Both the position numbers and the translations under genes were made by a program. Of a DNA stretch of 44,668 bases, positions 37,546-44,668 are shown one piece after another (position 1 is the stretch's first letter; each line of letters starts with the position of its first letter). The notes under the pieces are model-generated. The model saw nothing but the letters and a program-made list of their open reading frames with translations. It was not told the origin of the DNA and searched no databases. Where the stretch lies: positions 1 to 44,668 of the forward strand of contig DAPQ01000002.1 in assembly GCA_002502175.1 (NCBI GenBank). The letters run 5' to 3'. This DNA is from Euryarchaeota archaeon UBA19 (lineage in GTDB: Archaea > Thermoplasmatota > Poseidoniia > Poseidoniales > Thalassarchaeaceae).

Positions 37546-38046
37546 ATGGAGTGGAGTATTGGAGAATCGGGTGTTCGTTACATCGCCAAATTGTCCGATT
37601 CAGAGGGCACACTAAGCCTCACCGAACTTACTCGAGATGGACACGAAGCACCACATTCTGAAATTGGCATTACCCGAGATTCCCAAGGTGCTAGACTCCT
37701 TGTCGACATAGACGGTTCCGCGCATATCGCGCACGTAGCAAAGGTTGGTGATGATTGGTGGATTCATATCAACGGGCGAATCCATGTCGTTCATGGTCAC
37801 GAACCAGGAAGCGCTGATTCTACCGCAGGTGAAGGTGGTCTAACCGCCCCTATGCCTGGAACTATTCTCGAGGTGCATGCGAAAGCCGGACAAAGAGTTC
37901 GCGAGGGCCAAACTTTGCTGGTTATGGAAGCGATGAAAATGGAGCACAGAATCCAAGCGCCGAAGGCCGGTGAAGTACTTTCAGTGAATTTTGCAGAAGG
38001 CGATAGAGTCGATATGGGAGCGACTTTAGTTGAGCTCGGAGACTGA
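37546..38046 (+). CDS. Biotin carboxyl carrier protein with N-terminal BT-like domain
   Basis: LTAPMPG and the biotinylation motif EAMKME. Confidence 0.92.
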   Translation: MEWSIGESGVRYIAKLSDSEGTLSLTELTRDGHEAPHSEIGITRDSQGARLLVDIDGSAHIAHVAKVGDDWWIHINGRIHVVHGHEPGSADSTAGEGGLTAPMPGTILEVHAKAGQRVREGQTLLVMEAMKMEHRIQAPKAGEVLSVNFAEGDRVDMGATLVELGD

Positions 38047-38093
38047 ATTATGCCGGCATTGGATTCAATAGTGGCCGATTGTTCGCAATAATC

Positions 38094-38675
38094 GTGAACG
38101 AATTCGACGTTATACTTGCACTATGTATGGGATTAGGCCTTGCTGCAGCCTCTGGATTCCGTGTTTTCCTACCACCTTTCCTACTTTCTATTGCTGTCAG
38201 AGCTGATGCTGTGGACGTTGATTTGACAAATTCATCATTGGAATATTTCGATTCTAATGTTGCGGTAATTCTCCTAGGAGTCGCTACAATAGCCGAACTT
38301 GCAGCATACTATGTTCCATGGGTTGACAACCTGTTGGATTCAATTGCAAGTCCTGCAGCAATTATTGCAGGTACCGGAATGACCGCAATCGTTCTTGGAG
38401 GTACAGATCCTGTAATTCAGTGGGCTCTAGCAATCATCGCCGGTGGTGGTGTAACCGCAGCAGTACAGGGTGCGACAGTTGTCACTAGAGGAGTATCTAC
38501 AGCCATAACCGCTGGAATTGGTAACCCAGTTGTATCAACAGGTGAAAATATAGCAAGTCTGATACTATCAATAATGGCGATTTTCCTTGCTCCCTTGGCA
38601 GCACTCTTTGCCCTTATCCTACTCGCAATGATAGTCAAAGTGATGGTAAAGAAAACCAATCCTTCGAGCGCCTAA
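38094..38675 (+). CDS. DUF4126-family membrane protein
   Basis: GLGLAAASGFRVFLP, YYVPWVDNLLD, GIGNPVVSTGEN. Confidence 0.8.
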   Translation: MNEFDVILALCMGLGLAAASGFRVFLPPFLLSIAVRADAVDVDLTNSSLEYFDSNVAVILLGVATIAELAAYYVPWVDNLLDSIASPAAIIAGTGMTAIVLGGTDPVIQWALAIIAGGGVTAAVQGATVVTRGVSTAITAGIGNPVVSTGENIASLILSIMAIFLAPLAALFALILLAMIVKVMVKKTNPSSA

Positions 38676-38677
38676 AT

Positions 38678-39958
38678 TCAATTTAGCGGTTTGAGAACTG
38701 TTTGACCACCCATGTGTGGAACTAAAACATCAGGAACTCGAACCGTTCCATCTTCGTTCTGATATTGTTCCATAATCGCCACTAGAGCTCTGCTGGTGGC
38801 AACCGCAGTAGAATTCAGAGTATGAACCGCGGAATTTCCTTCGGCAGTGCGATATCTCATCCGTAGGCGATTAGCTTGGTAATCGGTGCAATTTGAGCAT
38901 GAAACAACTTCCTTGTATGTATTTGCGCCAGGCAACCAAGCCTCTAAGTCGTATTTCTTCGAGGCAACAGTTCCCATGTCGCCTGTGCAGATATTTACTA
39001 CTCTGTAATGCAGACCTAGACTATCCCATAACTCAACTGCATTGGTGAGTAACTCCTCATGATGTTCCCAGGAATCATCTGGCTTGCAAATGACAATTTG
39101 TTCGATCTTGGTAAATTGGTGTACTCTCCAAATTCCTCGATCAGACAACCCATGTGCTCCTACCTCGCGTCGGAAGCAAGAAGATACACCAACCAACTTT
39201 ATCGGTAATTCTGATGGTTCGATAATTTCGTCCATCCTCATCGCAGTGAGTGGATGCTCGCTAGTTGCGATGAGGTAGTATTTGTCTGGTTCAATACCAT
39301 ACATGACAGTCTCAAAGTCACCCAAGTCAGTGACACCTTCGTAGGCCTCACGATTCATCATTAGCGGGGGTTGTACCAAGGTGTAGCCTCGCTCCATGAG
39401 GAAATTAGCAGAGTAACTCTGTAGAGCCATTTCTAATCGGGCAAGGTCACCCTGAAGGAAGTAGAAGCGAGAACCGGTTACCTTAGCACCTCTAGCAAGG
39501 TCAACCCAATTATTCATCTCGATTAGGTCGTTATGATTACGCGCTTCGAACCCTAACTCGGTCTTGTCACCGTGTAAACTGTGTAGGGTGTTTTTTTGGT
39601 CATCTTCTCCTACCGGAACTGACTCATGCAGGATATTTGGAACTCGCATTCTAATTGCATCTCTATCTGTCAAACAGGAATCGACTTTTTCACTCAGAGC
39701 ATCAATCTCTTGCCCGAGACTGGCAACCTCTGCTAAAATTGCGTCTGCAGCGGCGGAATCGCCGGATTTCTTCGCTTCCGCAATACCTCTAGCGGCCTCA
39801 TTTCGCTTCTTTCTGAGTTGGTCGACATCGTATCTTGCTTGCCGCCATTCTTCATCGAGACGGATCACCTGATCGATGTTGTCATGGGGCATCTCTCTCT
39901 TGTCATGGTCGGCCCTCAGCACATCCGCGTGCTCTCGGAACATACTCATGTCCAGCAT
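38678..39958 (-). CDS. serS: Serine--tRNA ligase (canonical type)
   Basis: N-terminal coiled coil, LIATSEHP, CFRREVG, RVHQFTKIE, KKYDLEAW, SCSNCTDYQ, HTLNST. Confidence 0.98.
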   Translation of the reverse strand: MLDMSMFREHADVLRADHDKREMPHDNIDQVIRLDEEWRQARYDVDQLRKKRNEAARGIAEAKKSGDSAAADAILAEVASLGQEIDALSEKVDSCLTDRDAIRMRVPNILHESVPVGEDDQKNTLHSLHGDKTELGFEARNHNDLIEMNNWVDLARGAKVTGSRFYFLQGDLARLEMALQSYSANFLMERGYTLVQPPLMMNREAYEGVTDLGDFETVMYGIEPDKYYLIATSEHPLTAMRMDEIIEPSELPIKLVGVSSCFRREVGAHGLSDRGIWRVHQFTKIEQIVICKPDDSWEHHEELLTNAVELWDSLGLHYRVVNICTGDMGTVASKKYDLEAWLPGANTYKEVVSCSNCTDYQANRLRMRYRTAEGNSAVHTLNSTAVATSRALVAIMEQYQNEDGTVRVPDVLVPHMGGQTVLKPLN

Positions 39959-40031
39959 AACAACCGAACCTAAGGGCTCAACACTTAGCCTTCAATGAAT
40001 CGGGGAATCTCACTATTTCGAGCACGATGCG

Positions 40032-41105
40032 CTAGAGGAAGGTAATCGCCTGAAACAATTGCGCAGGCCCAACAGCATAGATTCCACTGATGATGTAACC
40101 CAATATCGCCCCGCCGTTTAACAGTGGCAGCCCTGGTTGTGGATTTCCTTGTGCAACGAAGGTCATCAGCAGCACATATCCAACTAGGCCTCCAATTAGT
40201 GTGCCAATTGCTACAACGATTTGTGCCATGTAGAAAGTACCGTATGGATTCCAAATTTCTGGTCCCCAATCAGGTAGGAAGGAAATTGCTGAGATGACTA
40301 ACATACCGGGGAAGATAACGTCACCTAGACCCATGAATAAGGCATCTCGGCTCTTCTTTTTCGGTTTCTTATCCTCCCACCAATCATCTAGTTCTGCTTC
40401 CATTACTTCTGTAGGTGGAGGTGGTGGTGAATCTTGCATTATGTCTCCTTCTTGTTCTAGGAAAGAGTATCCCTTTTCCTTTGGAGCGACAAGTAAAACA
40501 GGCAGTTTGAGTCCGATCATCGTATCTGCAAGTTCAAGCATATGCTTGCTTTTGTGAACAGCCCAATAGTCGTAAATTGCCGCTAAAACCATGAAAATAA
40601 TGACGAGTGTTGGAACGAAAGAGATTCCAATCATTACGATTACTCCCGAACCAACCATTACTCCAACTGAATTCACTACCCACCATTCTGGATATCGATG
40701 TAATGCAGTCATTCCTCCAATGGTAATCGCGAGCGCAGAAATCCCAACAGAAGCAGCCGTAGCGAATCCAAGAATGTATAGAATTAGCAAGGTAAATGGT
40801 TGGACTGCATAGAATAAGCTCAGTCCGAGGGCGAACATGACTATGCCTTTGATTAGGTAATCCAATCCCTTTCTTGCCAACCAAATAATTGCCACTGTGA
40901 AAATTCCAATCATCAATAGTTCAAACAAAATAAACCCAGATTTCGTAGTCCCTTCTTCTCCGAATGCTCTAGCCTCTGGAACATCGTACAGGGGTTGAAT
41001 GAAAATACCGATTCCGATGGTTATGATAAACATCCCAGCCATGCCAACCATCGATTCCCATTGCTCCATCATCATCTCGATGACACTTTCACTTCGGTCG
41101 GACAC
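40032..41105 (-). CDS. Presenilin/signal-peptide-peptidase family (A22) intramembrane aspartyl protease
   Basis: Catalytic YD (AIYDYWAV) and GLGD motifs, PAL-equivalent QPGLP, about 9 TM helices. Start uncertain (GTG 41105 or ATG 41075). Confidence 0.92.
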   Translation of the reverse strand: MSDRSESVIEMMMEQWESMVGMAGMFIITIGIGIFIQPLYDVPEARAFGEEGTTKSGFILFELLMIGIFTVAIIWLARKGLDYLIKGIVMFALGLSLFYAVQPFTLLILYILGFATAASVGISALAITIGGMTALHRYPEWWVVNSVGVMVGSGVIVMIGISFVPTLVIIFMVLAAIYDYWAVHKSKHMLELADTMIGLKLPVLLVAPKEKGYSFLEQEGDIMQDSPPPPPTEVMEAELDDWWEDKKPKKKSRDALFMGLGDVIFPGMLVISAISFLPDWGPEIWNPYGTFYMAQIVVAIGTLIGGLVGYVLLMTFVAQGNPQPGLPLLNGGAILGYIISGIYAVGPAQLFQAITFL

Positions 41106-41147
41106 AACCTCCCCCAAGTTCAAGTTCCATATCACCTTGACCCGTAC

Positions 41148-41168
41148 CCGCGCCCTATAGGGGCGCGG
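41148..41168. promoter_or_regulatory. GC-rich palindrome with central TATAG, between divergent genes
   Basis: CCGCGCCC-tatag-GGGCGCGG. The first T is 26 nt before the folC ATG. Confidence 0.55.
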
Positions 41169-41181
41169 CGGTTGTGTAGCA

Positions 41182-42402
41182 ATGGAAGACCGAGAATGGC
41201 TCATGGATAGGCGATTTGCCGGCATGAATCTCGGTTTGCAAAGAATAGAGTTGTTACTACAGAAGATGGATAATCCGCAATTGGATTTCCCATCGATTCA
41301 TGTCGCCGGAACAAATGGAAAGGGAACTCTTTGTGCCTTTCTTTCCAGCGCTGCGGCAAATAGCGGATTGAAGGTCGGTCTGTTTACTACCCCCCATCTT
41401 GTTGTCATTGAAGAAAGGGTTCGTATCGACGGAGAGGTAATTGATTCGCGGACTTTCGATCAGCATCTTTCTGCGGTTCGTGCTGCTGCTGTAGAAGTTG
41501 GAAAAGAATTAGGCGAAGAACCAACCTTCTACGAATGTACATTTGCAATCGCTATGCTAGCCTTTTCTCACGCTGGCATAGATCGAGCAATAATCGAAAC
41601 CGGTTTAGGCGGAGTGGGTGATGCGACTTGTTTGGTCGATGCTGACCTATGCGTCATTACCACCATTGGCCTCGACCACACCGAAATACTCGGGGATACT
41701 CGTGAGCAAATCGCTCGCGCTAAAGCTGGAATTCATCGTGAAGGTGTGCCAATGGTGGTTTACCATCCCGGAGATGAATCCGTTTTGGAAACGATTGCCG
41801 AGGTAGTCGGTGACGACTTGTATGTCCATGAGGGATTAGAAATTGACAATTATTGGGAAGATTGGTTCATTTTTGCAGGGTATATCGCTACAACATTTGG
41901 ATGGGAATTACCATCAAATGATATCAATTGGCCTGGTCGTTCTCCAAATTGGCCACCCAAGGAATTGTTCAATTCAGAAATTAGGATTAGCGCTGCTCAC
42001 AATGCCGATGGTTTGCAGGCCGAATTAATGTCAATTCAAGAGCCGACAATTCTTCTCATCGGAGTTACTCAAAAGGCCAATTTGGAAGAGACTTTAGCCG
42101 ATGTAACGAGTGAAGTTTGGCATATGCCAACATTCCGTCACATCATCGTTACAGAACCAACTACTGGGAGAAATCCTGCGGTGGATGCAGAGGAGCTCGC
42201 GGATCTGATTTTTTCAAATAGATTGGACGAAGCAAAAATCGAAAGAGATCCAACAAAGGCTCTTGAAATCGCCGAAATCATGTCAAGGCAAGCAGCTTGT
42301 AGCATCTCCGTTATGGGTAGTGTATATCTTGTTGGAGATTTGCTAAAGTTTGCTGTAGAAAGAAGCGATGGCGACCTTTGGGAGCACCTGCGTGTACATT
42401 GA
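41182..42402 (+). CDS. folC: FolC-like Mur ligase (folylpolyglutamate/dihydrofolate synthase)
   Basis: IHVAGTNGKGT, GLFTTPHL, ETGLGG.GDAT, IGLDH..ILG, KAGI, WPGR, AHN, GSVYLVG. Confidence 0.85.
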   Translation: MEDREWLMDRRFAGMNLGLQRIELLLQKMDNPQLDFPSIHVAGTNGKGTLCAFLSSAAANSGLKVGLFTTPHLVVIEERVRIDGEVIDSRTFDQHLSAVRAAAVEVGKELGEEPTFYECTFAIAMLAFSHAGIDRAIIETGLGGVGDATCLVDADLCVITTIGLDHTEILGDTREQIARAKAGIHREGVPMVVYHPGDESVLETIAEVVGDDLYVHEGLEIDNYWEDWFIFAGYIATTFGWELPSNDINWPGRSPNWPPKELFNSEIRISAAHNADGLQAELMSIQEPTILLIGVTQKANLEETLADVTSEVWHMPTFRHIIVTEPTTGRNPAVDAEELADLIFSNRLDEAKIERDPTKALEIAEIMSRQAACSISVMGSVYLVGDLLKFAVERSDGDLWEHLRVH

Positions 42403-42437
42403 GAATCAAAAGGGATGACCCACTTCGGAGGCCAAGT

Positions 42438-42764
42438 ATGACATCCAAGGCAGAGGACAAGGTCGAAATTGTTGTCCAGGTTGAGTCTAAGGACACTAGT
42501 TCCAAAGTCATCCTCATAATGCTGATTATCGTCCTTTTTGGATTGGTAATTGCAGTAATGATGAGAGGCGGTCCAGATGCCCTTCTATCGAATGATGAAG
42601 ATAGAGGGGTTGGAAATTGTGGCGATGGTATAGACAATGACAAAGGAGGTCAAGCAGACCGCGATGACCCTGATTGCTATGCAAATCCAGAAGTTTGGGA
42701 GGGCTATGACCCGAGTCGTACAGAGGCCAACCGAGATAACGACCCACCTGGTGGGCGACCCTGA
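42438..42764 (+). CDS. Small single-pass membrane protein with CGDGIDND...DDPDC motif
   Basis: TM helix followed by a Cys/Asp-rich motif. ATG 42438 is preceded by GGAGG. Confidence 0.7.
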   Translation: MTSKAEDKVEIVVQVESKDTSSKVILIMLIIVLFGLVIAVMMRGGPDALLSNDEDRGVGNCGDGIDNDKGGQADRDDPDCYANPEVWEGYDPSRTEANRDNDPPGGRP

Positions 42765-42773
42765 GGTGAATAG

Positions 42774-43211
42774 ATGAGTTTGAAGTGGGATGCACGATTT
42801 CTTGACCTAGCGAAACATATCTCAGACTGGTCGAAGGACCCTTCTACCAAGGTCGGCTGTGTTGTGGTTGGAGAAGACAGAGAAGTTCGTTCAACCGGAT
42901 TCAATGGTTTTCCAAGAGGAATCGAAGATACCGCTGCTAGGCTTAACGACCGTAGTCAGAAGTATCCAATGATTTGTCATGCCGAAGAAAATGCGATTAT
43001 GCACGCGGCTCGAATCGGTATTTCACTCAAGGATTGTACTGCCTACGTTACTTGGCCACCTTGCTCACGATGCGCTCGTTCTCTGATTCAAGCCGGAGTT
43101 AAGGAAGTAGTATATCCTGAAGATTGTGAAATTCCAGAGCGCTGGGAGGAAGACTTCGCAATCGCAACCAGTATGTTCACCGAGTCCGGAGTGAACTATC
43201 GCTCAGCCTGA
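42774..43211 (+). CDS. dCMP deaminase (ComEB-like Zn-dependent deaminase)
   Basis: SKDPSTKVG, TGFNGFPRG, HAEENA, PCSRC. Confidence 0.92.
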   Translation: MSLKWDARFLDLAKHISDWSKDPSTKVGCVVVGEDREVRSTGFNGFPRGIEDTAARLNDRSQKYPMICHAEENAIMHAARIGISLKDCTAYVTWPPCSRCARSLIQAGVKEVVYPEDCEIPERWEEDFAIATSMFTESGVNYRSA

Positions 43212-43212
43212 T

Positions 43213-43779
43213 TTATTCAGAAAGCATAACCCAGAGTTCCTCTAGGTCTGAATGTAAGTCCTCAAGACTTCCATCGTTGACTAATACGAGATCGGCTAGG
43301 GCAGCGGTTGCATTGAGGGCTTGACCAGATTCATCTTTTGCAACAGCTTCCTTCTCTTCATTTGCGAAGAAAGTCTCTCTGTCAACAATATCTCCTGTTC
43401 TTGCACGAGCCTGTGCTCTTTGCCAGCGGGCATCCATACCTGCACGAACTTCGATCAGAATGAAATCATTACGTTCCTGTAAGGCCTCTACTTCTCCCGG
43501 TGTTCTAATCGAATCGATTACTGCATTCTTTCCGTCTAATCTCTCGAGTAGCATTTCTGCTAGAATTCCCGGTCCGCCGCTTCTGCGTAATTCATTTCCG
43601 CCATTGATTAGATTCTCTCGAGATTCTTCGATTCCGTTCTCTTTGAGATGAGCACGTATGGAATCTGAGCATGATTCACTTGCCAATCCCTTGGATACGA
43701 GAAAGTCCACTACGGTTGATTTTCCTGAGGCATAGCGTCCAGTCAGACCGATTAGCACATGACCCCGAAAGGTTGGCAT
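43213..43779 (-). CDS. P-loop nucleoside/nucleotide-kinase-like protein (CoaE/UPF0200-like)
   Basis: IGLTGRYASGKST, VIDSIRTPGEV, ADLVLVNDGSLEDL. Confidence 0.8.
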   Translation of the reverse strand: MPTFRGHVLIGLTGRYASGKSTVVDFLVSKGLASESCSDSIRAHLKENGIEESRENLINGGNELRRSGGPGILAEMLLERLDGKNAVIDSIRTPGEVEALQERNDFILIEVRAGMDARWQRAQARARTGDIVDRETFFANEEKEAVAKDESGQALNATAALADLVLVNDGSLEDLHSDLEELWVMLSE

Positions 43780-43792
43780 TCAATATCGCTTT

Positions 43793-44668
43793 CTAACTCC
43801 AATAGCGCCTAGTCTTTGCATATTGCAGTTCTGCGTTGTGTATGGCACGAAGTAATGCGACTCGATTTCCACGTGATAAACCTCTCAACAATCTAGTTGC
43901 TGTTTCTTCACCTACACCCCTTCCCATCAATGCTAGAACGGCATCATGCCCGTGGGTTTGAATTAATTCAGCGTTCTTCTGCATCCTTGCACGTTCCTTT
44001 GGGTCATCGCTAGTTACCCATCCGCTTAGCATAGATTCCATGCGCTCTGGTGAGCAAGCCCGCATAGTGCCTCCACAATTAGTACAGGGTTCGATACGCT
44101 GCTGCATACGGCCAACTCTGCTTCGTGATTTATCTTTGCAATTGAGACAGATTAACACTGCTCTTTCTGCCATTAGTCGAGTCTCTAATCGCTCTCTGAG
44201 TTGTACGTCAGACCATGCAGGTAGAAGTAAGTCACGTTCAGATTTTGGTGATAATCCGAGTGGTCCATTGGGAGTGTGGAAAACCTCCACCTTTCCTTGT
44301 TGGATGTCTCGAATTAGATCCATTGTTCCCTCAATGTCCATCCTTTCATGGAATAATTTTGACAGGGCTTCCTCAACAACTGGGGTGCCCCGATATCTTT
44401 GCATCAGACCTTGCATATTGACTCGACGTGGATCTGCTGCCTTTTGCAAAACACCCATTTTCCTAGCTACTTGTACCATCCTCCATCTAAGTGCTCTACC
44501 ATTAGGAATTGTCATTCTGAGGATGGCTTCAAGTGCATCTGGGGAAGTTGTTGTCAACCATTCAATGACATGAGCGGCCGTTGTTCCTGGAACTTGGAAT
44601 GCAATTCGATATGGGTCGACCAGAGTAGTACCCATCTTTCCTTCCCGCATAGAACCCATTGCCTGAAT
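43793..44668 (-). CDS. lhr: Lhr-family helicase, C-terminal part (partial)
   Basis: DPYRI, WRMVQVARKMG, CLNC/CTNC Zn motif, ALMGRGVGEETA.RLL, terminal AE..Y.KTRRYW. The frame stays open to the window end. Confidence 0.85.
   Translation of the reverse strand: MQAMGSMREGKMGTTLVDPYRIAFQVPGTTAAHVIEWLTTTSPDALEAILRMTIPNGRALRWRMVQVARKMGVLQKAADPRRVNMQGLMQRYRGTPVVEEALSKLFHERMDIEGTMDLIRDIQQGKVEVFHTPNGPLGLSPKSERDLLLPAWSDVQLRERLETRLMAERAVLICLNCKDKSRSRVGRMQQRIEPCTNCGGTMRACSPERMESMLSGWVTSDDPKERARMQKNAELIQTHGHDAVLALMGRGVGEETATRLLRGLSRGNRVALLRAIHNAELQYAKTRRYWS

Noticed and set aside
39590-39597. Poly-T tract as a slippage site or terminator
   Set aside because: It lies inside the intact serS frame (CAA AAA AAC on the minus strand).
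41106-41225. N-terminal extension of the presenilin ORF overlapping folC
   Set aside because: It spans the divergent promoter palindrome and the folC start, so the true start is downstream.
44040-44573. 177-aa plus-strand ORF
   Set aside because: It is antisense to the lhr C-terminal region.
1-44668. CRISPR arrays, rRNA, IS elements, integrase, inteins
   Set aside because: No repeat-spacer periodicity or diagnostic motifs were seen by eye. Short or degenerate elements could have been missed.

Overview
Gene-dense archaeal chromosomal segment. Archaeal markers are rpl15e, aIF-1A/RIO1/Dim2, an intron-containing tRNA-Tyr with a bulge-helix-bulge (BHB) motif, and GAGGTGA ribosome-binding sites. 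Gene content and the large acidic surface proteins suggest Thermoplasmatota, probably Marine Group II/Poseidoniales (inference, not a database result). In order: a partial secreted-protein gene; ftsZ (FtsZ2-like); tRNA-Tyr(GTA); a small AT-rich orphan; rpl15e; a PRC-barrel protein; a ~15-kb run of five co-oriented secreted or membrane-anchored proteins, including an S8 protease, two of them ending in cytoplasmic Zn fingers; an 11-subunit complex I-like operon (nuoABCDHI-J1-J2-KLMN, no nuoEFG) with unusual insertions; aIF-1A/RIO1/Dim2; DUF63; a leucine-catabolism-type carboxylase/hydratase cluster with a split alpha subunit; DUF4126; serS; a presenilin-like protease; a folC-like ligase; a small membrane protein; a dCMP deaminase convergent with a P-loop kinase; and the 3' part of an Lhr helicase. 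No CRISPR array, rRNA, transposase or integrase was seen. The best candidates for new biology are the surface-protease/Zn-finger cluster, the modified headless complex I, the eukaryote-like aIF-1A tail and the split kinase/deaminase pair. All family calls come from motif recognition by eye.
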